From an uncultured Desulfarculus sp. (GTDB lineage Bacteria > Desulfobacterota > Desulfarculia > Desulfarculales > Desulfarculaceae), in assembly GCA_963665125.2 (NCBI GenBank), contig CAXXUK010000001.1, positions 192,001 to 256,000 of the forward strand: DNA of 64,000 bases, given 5' to 3'. Below the pieces are notes generated by a model. The model was not told where the DNA came from and made no database searches. It worked only from the letters and a program-made list of their open reading frames with translations. This document shows, in pieces, positions 8,557 to 17,155 of the stretch. The position numbers and the translations under genes were made by a program. Each line of letters starts with the position of its first letter. Positions within the stretch are counted from its first letter, which is position 1.

Positions 8557-10104
8557 ATGCTGCCGAATATCGATTTCAACCTGGTCGACATGATCGACCG
8601 CCACGCCAGGCACGCCGGGTCCCGGCCCGCCTTTGTCTTCAACGGCAAAGTATCCACCTGGTCTGAATTTAATGCTCGGGTAAACCGGGTGGCCAATGCC
8701 CTGATCAAGGCCGGGCTGAAAAAAGGAGACAGGGTCTGCCTGTTGGCGCTGAACAGCCTAGACGCGGTCTCGGTTGTTTTTGGAACCATGCGGGCCGGAG
8801 GCGTCATCGCGCCACTATCGGTGATGCTCACGCCTGAGTTGGTGCTGAACCTGCTCAAGGACTCGGGTTCCAGGTATTTATTCGTGGACAAGGCCCTCAA
8901 ACCAGTGGCGGACAAGATACGGGGCGAACTGAGAGAAACCTCGGTGACCAGCTGCATCGGCATCGGCTTTGAGGACCACGGTTGGACTTCCTTTGACGCC
9001 TTTGTCGGAAACGCCTCCGACGCCGTGCCGGATGTGGTCTTTTGCGAAGATGATTTTGCGAATATTATCTACTCTTCCGGCACTACCGGCATTCCCAAGG
9101 GCATTATCCACTCCCACCGTGTAAGGGTTTTGTTCGGCTTCAGCATGGCCCTGGAAACCCGAATCAACGCGGAATCCCGGCCCATATTCGCCACGCCGCT
9201 TTTTACCAACGCCACCTGGATCATGCTGCTGCCCGTGGTGTTGGTGGGGGCCTGCGGAATCATGATGCAGGGCTTCAGCCCCGAGGCGTATCTGCAAACC
9301 ATTGCCGATCAAAAGGCCACCCACGGCTTTTTGGTGCCGACCCAGTACCAGCGAATCTTCGACATGCCCGATTTCGACAGCTATGACCTGTCCAGCCTGA
9401 AGGTCATGGTCAGCGGCGGCGGCTCAATGTCCCTGGCGGTCAAGCAGAAGGCCATGGAAAAACTGGGCGGCCGGTTCATGGAACTCTACGGCCTGACCGA
9501 GGGCGTAGGCACCACCCTGAACCTGGAGGACATGCCCCTTAAGACCGGTTCGGTGGGCACGCCCATCATCGGCACAGAGATCAGGATCATCGACGACAAC
9601 GGCGCCGAGTTGCCCAACGGCCAGGCCGGTGAGATCGTCGGCCACGGCGGCGGCATCATGAAGGGCTATCTCAATCGGCCCGAGGATTCCCTGGCCACGA
9701 TCTGGCGAGACGAAAGGGGCAGGGCGTTTCTGCGCACCGGCGATGTGGGCCGTTTGGACGAAGACGGCTACCTGTACCTGGTGGACCGCAAGAAAGACAT
9801 GATCGTCTCAGGCGGCATCAATGTCTACCCCAGCGACATCGAGCAGGTGCTTTGTGGCCACGCCGGTGTGGGCGAGGCGGCGGTCATCGGCGCGCCTCAC
9901 GCCGACTGGGGCGAGACGCCGCTGGCCGTGGTGGTCCGGGCCAAGGGCGCCGAAATCAACGGCGATGAACTCAAGGCCTGGGCCAACCAGCACCTGGCCA
10001 AGTACCAGCGTATCAGTGAAGTCGTGTTTCGGGATGAAGGCTTGCCCCGCAACGCCCTGGGCAAGGTGCTCAAAAACGAACTGCGCCAGCAATACACCGA
10101 CTAG
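8557..10104 (+). CDS. AMP-forming acyl-CoA synthetase
   Basis: YSSGTTGIPKG, YGLTE, LRTGDVG, DRKKDMI. ATG 8557 has an AAAGGA RBS; the ORF-track extension to 8407 is the repeat. Confidence 0.93.
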   Translation: MLPNIDFNLVDMIDRHARHAGSRPAFVFNGKVSTWSEFNARVNRVANALIKAGLKKGDRVCLLALNSLDAVSVVFGTMRAGGVIAPLSVMLTPELVLNLLKDSGSRYLFVDKALKPVADKIRGELRETSVTSCIGIGFEDHGWTSFDAFVGNASDAVPDVVFCEDDFANIIYSSGTTGIPKGIIHSHRVRVLFGFSMALETRINAESRPIFATPLFTNATWIMLLPVVLVGACGIMMQGFSPEAYLQTIADQKATHGFLVPTQYQRIFDMPDFDSYDLSSLKVMVSGGGSMSLAVKQKAMEKLGGRFMELYGLTEGVGTTLNLEDMPLKTGSVGTPIIGTEIRIIDDNGAELPNGQAGEIVGHGGGIMKGYLNRPEDSLATIWRDERGRAFLRTGDVGRLDEDGYLYLVDRKKDMIVSGGINVYPSDIEQVLCGHAGVGEAAVIGAPHADWGETPLAVVVRAKGAEINGDELKAWANQHLAKYQRISEVVFRDEGLPRNALGKVLKNELRQQYTD

Positions 10105-10244
10105 GCCCCTGCTGACGATACAAGAACAAGAGCTGTTTGGCCTGTGGCTGGTCGAGTGTGGCCCAACAGCCAAGGCTCAATGTGATGCACGACCCCGGGC
10201 ATCACATTGAGCCGATCTCAAACCGGAAATGAATAGGAGTGACC

Positions 10245-11603
10245 ATGAAAACATCTGTCGCCCATACCCGGGATTTCGACGCGACACCGTTGGACCAGGT
10301 GGAACCAAACAAACCAAAGAGCCTGAAGTCCGTCTTCATCCTCCTGTTCATGATCGTGCTGAATATTTTGAATTTCGTGGATAGACAGCTTTTGGCCAGC
10401 TTCGCGCCGGCCATCGTCAAGGACCTGGGCCTCAGCGACACCCAGTTCGGCCTGCTCAACGGCATAGTGTTCGTTCTTTTTTACGCCGTGATGGGCGTGG
10501 CCATGGGAGCCCTGGCCGACCGGTACCATCGGCCGCGCCTGATAGCCGTGGGGCTCGTTTTGTGGAGCGCCCTTACCGCGGCATCCGGCGCGGCCCGCAA
10601 TTTTGTCCAACTGGGCCTGGCCCGCATGCTCATAGGCGTCGGTGAGTCCACCCTGACCCCGGCCTGCATGTCCATGACGGCCGATTTGTTCCGGCCGGAG
10701 AAAAGGGGTGTTGCCTCGGGGGTGTATTATCTGGGCATTCCGATCGGAGCCGGAGCCAGTTTCGTGGTCGCGGGGATTTTGGGCGCCAAAATCGGCTGGC
10801 GCAACACCTTCTATCTGCTGGGCATAATCGGCGTGGCCATGTCCCTGCTGTTGTTGTTCATGAAAGATCCCCAGCGCGGCTTTTTTGATAAAGGCGTCAA
10901 GCCCGTTCAAAATGACGGAGCCAAGCCTTCGATAAAGGAAATCTTCTCATCGCTCAAAAACGTGCTGAAGAGTTCGCCGGCCCTGGTGTTGATAATCCTG
11001 GCTTGCACGGCCATCCATGTGCCCCTAGGCAACATGGCCTTTGAACAGCTTTGGCTGGTGCGCGAATGCGGATTGCCCCAGTCCCAGGCGGCGACCCTTT
11101 TCGGCGGCCTGTTCATCATCTCCGGCATCCTGGGCAACATCCTGGGCGGCGCAGGCGGAGACGCCTGGAACAAGCGCAGGCCTGGCGGAAGAGTCCTGTT
11201 CCTGGCCTGGATGCTGCTGGCCTTGTCTCCGTTCATCCTGGCCTACCGCTTCGTGAGCCCCGGAACCACGCTGTTCTACTGCGGCATGTTCATGCTGGGC
11301 ATCTACTACATGATGTTCTATGGTCCGGTCTTTGCGACCATCCAGGAATTGGTTCCCGTTAATATCCGTTCCACGGTGGTGGCCTTTTCGCTCCTGCTTT
11401 TCAATGTCATCGGCATCGGGGCCGGTGTGGGGCTCAGCGGGCTGTTGTCCGATCTGTTCCGCGCCCGCGGAGTGGCCCAGCCTTTGACCTGGGTCCTGTT
11501 TGTCTCCGGGCTTATTGGGGTCTTGGCCGTCCCCCTGTTTTTCCTGGCCTGGCGCTACTACCAGCGGGACCGCGACAGGCTTAAGGCCGTAGTTGCTTCG
11601 TAA
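10245..11603 (+). CDS. MFS transporter, spinster/anion:cation symporter-like
   Basis: LNFVDRQLL, GALADRYHRPRLI, ARMLIGVGES; about 12 TM segments; AGGAG RBS. Confidence 0.9.
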   Translation: MKTSVAHTRDFDATPLDQVEPNKPKSLKSVFILLFMIVLNILNFVDRQLLASFAPAIVKDLGLSDTQFGLLNGIVFVLFYAVMGVAMGALADRYHRPRLIAVGLVLWSALTAASGAARNFVQLGLARMLIGVGESTLTPACMSMTADLFRPEKRGVASGVYYLGIPIGAGASFVVAGILGAKIGWRNTFYLLGIIGVAMSLLLLFMKDPQRGFFDKGVKPVQNDGAKPSIKEIFSSLKNVLKSSPALVLIILACTAIHVPLGNMAFEQLWLVRECGLPQSQAATLFGGLFIISGILGNILGGAGGDAWNKRRPGGRVLFLAWMLLALSPFILAYRFVSPGTTLFYCGMFMLGIYYMMFYGPVFATIQELVPVNIRSTVVAFSLLLFNVIGIGAGVGLSGLLSDLFRARGVAQPLTWVLFVSGLIGVLAVPLFFLAWRYYQRDRDRLKAVVAS

Positions 11604-11630
11604 GCCAAAGATCAGGTAAGAATTACTGAT

Positions 11631-11698
11631 GCCCTGTAGCTGCCGCGTAATTGGTAGCTACAGGGTTAACAAGAGAATCCGCGTGCGGGAGTCTCTTG
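11631..11698. terminator. Tandem hairpins between convergent operons (possible bidirectional terminator)
   Basis: CCCTGTAGCTGCC/GGTAGCTACAGGG 13-bp stem, then CAAGAGA...TCTCTTG stem. No clear U-tract. Confidence 0.45.
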
Positions 11699-11802
11699 GT
11701 TACTGGATCAAAATCCACCGAGCATGCAATAGAACTATTACCTCTCTGCTTGCGGCGGCGTACGATTTTGGCCTTCAATGGCCGGCTGGCCTTTTTACGG
11801 CA

Positions 11803-12096
11803 TCAGCCTCCGGCCACCAGGGGGAAAAGCGCCACCAAGTCACCATCAGACAAGGGCTGATCAATGCCTTGGGGATGATGACGGTAGTGGCGCCCATTGA
11901 CCAGTATCTGCATTTCCGGCTTCAATCTGCCGGAAACAGGCTCGTTTAGCTCCCGCCAGAAATCCCGGCCATATTGGTCCACGATCAACGCCAGCAATTC
12001 GCCCAATGTGGTTTGTTCCACAACGACGGACAACTCCCTGACGCCGCCCAAGGCCTGGCGGACGGTGAAAAATGGTTTGATCGTTATTTTCGCCAA
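11803..12096 (-). CDS. moaD: MoaD/ThiS ubiquitin-like sulfur carrier
   Basis: ILVNGR...LSDGDLVALFPLVAGG with C-terminal Gly-Gly; same operon as AOR. TTG start uncertain. Confidence 0.82.
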   Translation of the reverse strand: MAKITIKPFFTVRQALGGVRELSVVVEQTTLGELLALIVDQYGRDFWRELNEPVSGRLKPEMQILVNGRHYRHHPQGIDQPLSDGDLVALFPLVAGG

Positions 12097-12133
12097 ACAG
12101 GTCCCCGCCAACAGGCTGGTGCAAAGCAATCAG

Positions 12134-12943
12134 CTAGATGAGCCCCAGGTCCAGCAGAATCTTTTCCACCGCCAGCACGCTGGACGAATCCCGGGGCAAA
12201 TCAAACGTCGGTGCGCCGTTCAAATCGAATCTGGCGACATTGTCATCCAGCGGCACCGTACCCCAAAGCCCCAGGCCCATCCGGTCGGCTTTTTCCGCCA
12301 AACCATCGATTCGGCCCGAAACCCGGTTGACCACCAGACCAACCCGGCACTGGCCTTCCACGCCGTATTGGTCTGAAATCTTTAACAGGTATTCAGCCGT
12401 ACGAAGACCCTTGACCGTGGGATCGGAGACCATCAGCAGGTGGCTTATGCTGCTGATGACCCGTCTGTTGATCTGTTCGATCCCCGCCTCGCAATCGACG
12501 AGGGTGACCCGGTAGCGGCTGGCCAGGGATTCAATGCCGAACTTGAGCAGTTCATTGAGCCCGCAGTAGCACCCAGGCCCCTCGGACTGCCCCACAACCA
12601 ACAGGTCCAACCTTTCCCTTTGGATCAGGGCGTCTTCGATGATGATGTCCCTTACCGGGGTGTCGCCGCTGACCCGCCTTTTTTGCTCGGGGTCTTCGAT
12701 GATGCGCCTTCGCATATCACCCAACGTGCTCTGGGGTTCGGCTCCCACCGCATAGGTCAGACCCATTGGCGGATCGGCGTCCACCGCCAGGAGGCTTTGG
12801 CCCTTTTCGGTCAGCAGCCGGGCGATGATGGAGCTGATGGTGGTCTTGCCCGTACCGCCCTTGCCGGCCACGGCGATGACGGTGCGCGGTTGCGGGTCCG
12901 GCGCCGCATCGGATTTCAGTTTGGCGTTGCAAGCGTGACTCAT
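12134..12943 (-). CDS. CooC/AcsF-like MinD-family ATPase (metallochaperone-like)
   Basis: AGKGGTGKTT deviant Walker A, VDADP, EGPGCYC, DCEAGIE. Confidence 0.85.
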   Translation of the reverse strand: MSHACNAKLKSDAAPDPQPRTVIAVAGKGGTGKTTISSIIARLLTEKGQSLLAVDADPPMGLTYAVGAEPQSTLGDMRRRIIEDPEQKRRVSGDTPVRDIIIEDALIQRERLDLLVVGQSEGPGCYCGLNELLKFGIESLASRYRVTLVDCEAGIEQINRRVISSISHLLMVSDPTVKGLRTAEYLLKISDQYGVEGQCRVGLVVNRVSGRIDGLAEKADRMGLGLWGTVPLDDNVARFDLNGAPTFDLPRDSSSVLAVEKILLDLGLI

Positions 12944-13761
12944 GCCGTTTGCTCTTTTTTCTGCCTGGGTCTGGCGCCCAGACGTTCAAAGCGTTCCTTG
13001 GCGAAAAGGGCCGCCCCCAGGGCCCCGACTATCTGCGGGTCTACCTTTTCCAGGGGTACGATTTGCACGCCCAGGACCTTTTCCAAGGCCTGGACCACGC
13101 CTGGGTTCTTGGCCACGCCGCCGGTCATGGCCACCTCTGGCCGGACTTTTACCTTTTTGGCCATTTTGCTGATGCGCTCGGCCATGGCCAGGTTGATTCC
13201 CGCTGCTATATCAGGCCTTTCCAGGCCATCGGCCAGCATGCACATCACGTCAAACTGGGCCAGCACGGTGCAGGTTTTGGTTACGCCAGCCGGTTTTGGG
13301 GCGTCAAAGGCCATGGGGCCCAGATCGTCCAACTCGACGCCGAGGACCTTGGCCATGCCTTCCAGGAAGCGCCCGGTGCCCGCGGCGCACTTGTCGTTCA
13401 TGGTGAAATCTTCCATGTAGCCGAGCTTGTCCACCCTGATCACCTTGCAGTCCTGGCCGCCTATGTCGATTACCGTGCGCACGGCGGGGTCCGCCCAGTG
13501 GGCGCCGCGGCCGTGACAAGAGATCTCGCTGATACTGCTGTCGGCAAAGGGGATCTTTTCCCGCCCATAGCCCGTGCTGACGCAGTAGTCGATGTCATCG
13601 TAATCCAAACCCGCCAGGCTCAACGCCCTGTCCATAGCCTCCTGGGCGGTCTGCTCGGGCCTGGGCCGCACGCGCATGATATGGTAGGCCAGGATTGCGT
13701 CATCGGAGAAAATCACGGCCTCACCGGACAGGGAGCCGACATCACATCCCGCAACAATCAT
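12940..13761 (-). CDS. ASKHA ATPase electron-activation subunit, canonical type (HgdC/BzdQ-like)
   Basis: GCDVGS, STGYGR, EISCH, DIGGQDCK, MNDKCAAGTGRFLE, CTVLA, TGGVAKN. Confidence 0.9.
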   Translation of the reverse strand: MIVAGCDVGSLSGEAVIFSDDAILAYHIMRVRPRPEQTAQEAMDRALSLAGLDYDDIDYCVSTGYGREKIPFADSSISEISCHGRGAHWADPAVRTVIDIGGQDCKVIRVDKLGYMEDFTMNDKCAAGTGRFLEGMAKVLGVELDDLGPMAFDAPKPAGVTKTCTVLAQFDVMCMLADGLERPDIAAGINLAMAERISKMAKKVKVRPEVAMTGGVAKNPGVVQALEKVLGVQIVPLEKVDPQIVGALGAALFAKERFERLGARPRQKKEQTA

Positions 13762-14552
13762 TTCAATCCCTCCGCCGCGAGTCCGCCGCCGTTGCCGCTC
13801 AGGGCCGCCCCCAAGGCGCAGACTATCTGCGGATCGTATTTGCTGAAGAGCCCCTTTGCTTCCAGCCGTGTTTCGACCTGTTCAACAATGGCCTTGTTTT
13901 TGGCCAGCCCCCCGGAAAAAACCAAGGTCTTCTCAACTCCCAGTCTGCGGGCCATGGTGACCACTCCGCTGGCCACGGAATTGGCCAGACCGGCGGCGAT
14001 ATCGGCCACGGCGGCTCCATCGTTGATATGGCTGACGATTTCACTCTCGCCGAAAACCGCGCACTGGCCGCTGATGTATACCGGCTTCCGCGATGTTTTC
14101 GCGGTATCGCCCATCTCCGTTACTGACAGTTCCAGGGCCTGGGCGGCAAGCTCCATGAAGAATCCCGTTCCCGAGGCGCAGCGGTCGTTGGTGCGGTATT
14201 CGCTGACCTTGCCCTGGCCGTCGATATTGATCAGCGTGGTGCTCAGACCGCCGATATCGACTATCGTGGCGCTGCCGTTGGCAAGCCACGCCCCCCCTAT
14301 GGCCAAACAGCTGAGTACGGTCTTGGGCTCGTTGTCCACGGGTATGTACTTGGCGCCCCAACCGGTGCCCACCACCACATCGATGTCTTTCATTGTCAAC
14401 GCCGCGCCGGCCAACACCTTTTCAATGGACGTCTTCGCCGATTCGGCAATCCGCCCCTGGTTGGGCGTCAGGTCAAAGGCGATCAATTTGCCGTCCTCGA
14501 CAATTGCCGTTTTGGTGGCCATGGCCCCCAAGTCGCAACCAATGCACTTCAT
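13758..14552 (-). CDS. ASKHA ATPase electron-activation subunit, degenerate type (BzdP/BcrD-like)
   Basis: GCDLG, TGWG, DIGGLST, NDRCASGTG, CAVFGESE. Both Fe-S cysteines kept; 4-nt overlap with the next gene. Confidence 0.85.
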   Translation of the reverse strand: MKCIGCDLGAMATKTAIVEDGKLIAFDLTPNQGRIAESAKTSIEKVLAGAALTMKDIDVVVGTGWGAKYIPVDNEPKTVLSCLAIGGAWLANGSATIVDIGGLSTTLINIDGQGKVSEYRTNDRCASGTGFFMELAAQALELSVTEMGDTAKTSRKPVYISGQCAVFGESEIVSHINDGAAVADIAAGLANSVASGVVTMARRLGVEKTLVFSGGLAKNKAIVEQVETRLEAKGLFSKYDPQIVCALGAALSGNGGGLAAEGLK

Positions 14553-14591
14553 CGCAGTCTCCTTGCTGACAGAGTCCTCATTGCACAAGAA

Positions 14592-15986
14592 TCACTTGGT
14601 GCTCCAGAACTCGTTCATGATTCGCCTGAGTTCGGCCGGAGGAGTAAAGCGCTTGTCGAACATGTCCATTTCAAAGCGCAGTGTCGGCACCCCGGTCTCC
14701 TGCTTGACCTTGTCGCTTAAAAGCTTGTTCAGCGCCCAGAAGTGTTTGCACGACATATGTCCGCCCAGGATCAGGGCGTCGGCGTTCCAGGCCCGGACAA
14801 TGTCCACGAAGTCATTGATCCAGATGTCGGAAAAGCCCATTGCCTGGCGGCCCATGGGCATGTGCAGGGTGCGCCAGGCCAGGCCTTCGATGATGCTTTC
14901 GGTGCTGGAGGTGTCCACCAATCCCACATCAGGGCTGAAGTAGGTGAGCGTATCGGCGATATAGGTCACGCCGTGGGTTTCCTCAAGCCAGTGGTACAGC
15001 GGCATGTCGAACACAGTCCAGGTGTAGCCGTAGGCCACCCGCCGCTCGGTCTTGCCCACGGGGATAACCCCTATGCCGTTGTCGACCCTGTACTTGATCT
15101 CGTCATGGAGGGCCTTGAAATATTCAACGCCGAAAGGCGTGCCGATCTGGGTCAGGAAAATCGTATCTGCCGGGCGGTGCCAGCCCGTGTCGGGGAAAGG
15201 CTTTTTCTTGCGCAGCTCCTGGATGGCCAGATAATAGCTCATCAGCTGGTTGCCGTATTCGGCGTGTTCCTTGAGCTTGGCCTCGTCCAGGGTGCGTCCG
15301 GTGATCTTCTCAATCTGCTCGATCATGCGCTTGGTTTCGTCAATCATCCATTTGAGCCCGCGCTCGTTTTTATAATAGGGCGTTTCCAGGGCCACCAAGG
15401 GCGCCTTGAAATGATGCGCGGTCCATTGATAGAGCATGTTGCTGGCGTCGCAGGGGGCGGATGTGTTGATGATCAGGTCCGGCTTGGGCACGGTGCCCAT
15501 GAGAAGGTAGCCGGCCGTGCCCTTTTGGGTGGAGCACAGATGGTCCGGATAGCCTTCGGCTTCAATGCGGTCGATTCCCTCTTCGCAGCCGTCAATGTAA
15601 ATGGCCGCATCCAGGCCGCAAAACACCTCGTAGACCATGGGCGCCAACCCCATGGCCAGGATGATCTCCATGCTGATGGGGAAGTATTGGTAACAAACGG
15701 GCGCGCCGTTATCTATCCGGTCATTTAGCCAGTCCACATATTGCCCGAGGTTGTCCATGAAGGCATAGGCGCTGGTACGGTTTTTGTCTTTCAGTATCGT
15801 CTCAATAAGGTCTGGTTGAAGCTTGTCGAAAGTGGCCTGGTAATTTTCCGGCAGGATTTCACGGACAACCTCCCGTCCTCCCCAGTCGTCAAGGCTGCTG
15901 AGGCCTTCCTGGTCCAGGATGAATTTGGCCAGATCGGCGGTGGTTCTCCAATCATTCAAAACGGTGCGGTCTTTGTTGTCGCTCAT
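14592..15986 (-). CDS. 2-hydroxyacyl-CoA dehydratase / class I aryl-CoA reductase family subunit (HgdA/BzdO-like)
   Basis: GYPDHLCS, PKPDLI...PCD, GHMSCKH, GVPTLRFEMDMFDKR. Confidence 0.85.
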   Translation of the reverse strand: MSDNKDRTVLNDWRTTADLAKFILDQEGLSSLDDWGGREVVREILPENYQATFDKLQPDLIETILKDKNRTSAYAFMDNLGQYVDWLNDRIDNGAPVCYQYFPISMEIILAMGLAPMVYEVFCGLDAAIYIDGCEEGIDRIEAEGYPDHLCSTQKGTAGYLLMGTVPKPDLIINTSAPCDASNMLYQWTAHHFKAPLVALETPYYKNERGLKWMIDETKRMIEQIEKITGRTLDEAKLKEHAEYGNQLMSYYLAIQELRKKKPFPDTGWHRPADTIFLTQIGTPFGVEYFKALHDEIKYRVDNGIGVIPVGKTERRVAYGYTWTVFDMPLYHWLEETHGVTYIADTLTYFSPDVGLVDTSSTESIIEGLAWRTLHMPMGRQAMGFSDIWINDFVDIVRAWNADALILGGHMSCKHFWALNKLLSDKVKQETGVPTLRFEMDMFDKRFTPPAELRRIMNEFWSTK

Positions 15987-15991
15987 TTCCC

Positions 15992-17119
15992 TTACCTCCT
16001 GGCGATGCGTTCCATGAAAGCTTCGATCCTGGTCTTCAGGCGGCCCACGTCGGAAAACATGTGCTCCCGTTCCAAGACCATCGTGGGAATGCCCTTTTGC
16101 TCCAGTTCATCGGCCAGCATGGTGCAGTCAACCGCGTGGTTGTCGCAAAAGACGATTTTTTGCAGAATCACGCCGTCCACGTCGGCCTCGCGGGCCAGCT
16201 TTTCGGTCACCGCCTGGCGGTTTTCAAACTGATTCATCATTCGCGGACAGGGATTATTGTAGTAGTAGCGCTTGGCAATGGCCTTGAGGGGGTCGCCGTT
16301 TTCCTCCACCGGGTTGAGGAAGTAGCGCGAGCCGTAACACAGGCTGTCGGTCACCACCACGCCGCCCAACCCTTCGATGAGTTCAAGCAGCTTCGGGTCG
16401 TCCACGGCCGAGCCGCCCAGCATCAGTCTGGCGGAATAGTCGTTGTTGCCGGGTCTGGCCTCGATTTCGGCCAGGGCCTCCTCCAGGAGTTCGTTGTATT
16501 TTTCCCGGGGCATGATTCCGGCGGCCAGCATGATGCCCATGGCCTCCTTGCCGCTCACGGGCACATCCGGCCTTTTGCGCAGTTCATAGAGCCGGGCCAC
16601 CAGCTCACGGCTTTTGTTGTAGGTTTTTATGGAAGCGGCCAACTGGGTGTCGCTGCAACGCTTGGAAAAATCCGTGGCCAGCTTTTCCTTGAAAAGACCG
16701 GTTTCCTCCAGATACCACTCGAAACCGGCGTCATAGATCGAATGGGGTATGGTCACCATGTACTGATAGTCGGTGGCGGGGATGTGCTTGTCCCATATTT
16801 CATAGAGGCGGCGGATTTGCTCGCAGCCGTTGAGAAAGCAGAACCCGTCCAGAAAATCGTATTCTCCGCCAAGGCCGGCCTGGAGCATGCACCGGGCAAA
16901 GGTGCAGTTGAACCGGTGCAAGTAAACGTCGGCCAGGTCGGTCTGATCCATGCCCCGCGCCTCCATGCGGTAGGGCATGACGCCTGCGGCGTGGATGATC
17001 TCTTCCGGAGCGTAGACGCAGGAGAAACCGACGACCTTGCCCCCATCGCCGATCCATTGTTTGAGGTATTGATTTTCAGTGCGAGCCGGCAGCATCAGCA
17101 GTTCCTGCAACGCAGTCAT
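15992..17119 (-). CDS. 2-hydroxyacyl-CoA dehydratase / class I aryl-CoA reductase family subunit (HgdB/BzdN-like)
   Basis: CVYAPEEIIHAAG, CTFARC, NGCEQ, DSLCYGSRY, FCDNH, RLKTRIEAFME. GGAGGA RBS before ATG 17119. Confidence 0.87.
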   Translation of the reverse strand: MTALQELLMLPARTENQYLKQWIGDGGKVVGFSCVYAPEEIIHAAGVMPYRMEARGMDQTDLADVYLHRFNCTFARCMLQAGLGGEYDFLDGFCFLNGCEQIRRLYEIWDKHIPATDYQYMVTIPHSIYDAGFEWYLEETGLFKEKLATDFSKRCSDTQLAASIKTYNKSRELVARLYELRKRPDVPVSGKEAMGIMLAAGIMPREKYNELLEEALAEIEARPGNNDYSARLMLGGSAVDDPKLLELIEGLGGVVVTDSLCYGSRYFLNPVEENGDPLKAIAKRYYYNNPCPRMMNQFENRQAVTEKLAREADVDGVILQKIVFCDNHAVDCTMLADELEQKGIPTMVLEREHMFSDVGRLKTRIEAFMERIARR

Positions 17120-17155
17120 ATCTTGTCCTCCCTTCATGGGTTTGATTGACGGGAA

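Noticed and set aside
12949..14943. 664-aa plus-strand ORF, and similar long antisense ORFs (14742-15728, 16061-17149, 19690-20721, 44266-45630)
   Set aside because: They are shadows of well-supported minus-strand genes in high-GC DNA and carry no recognisable motifs.
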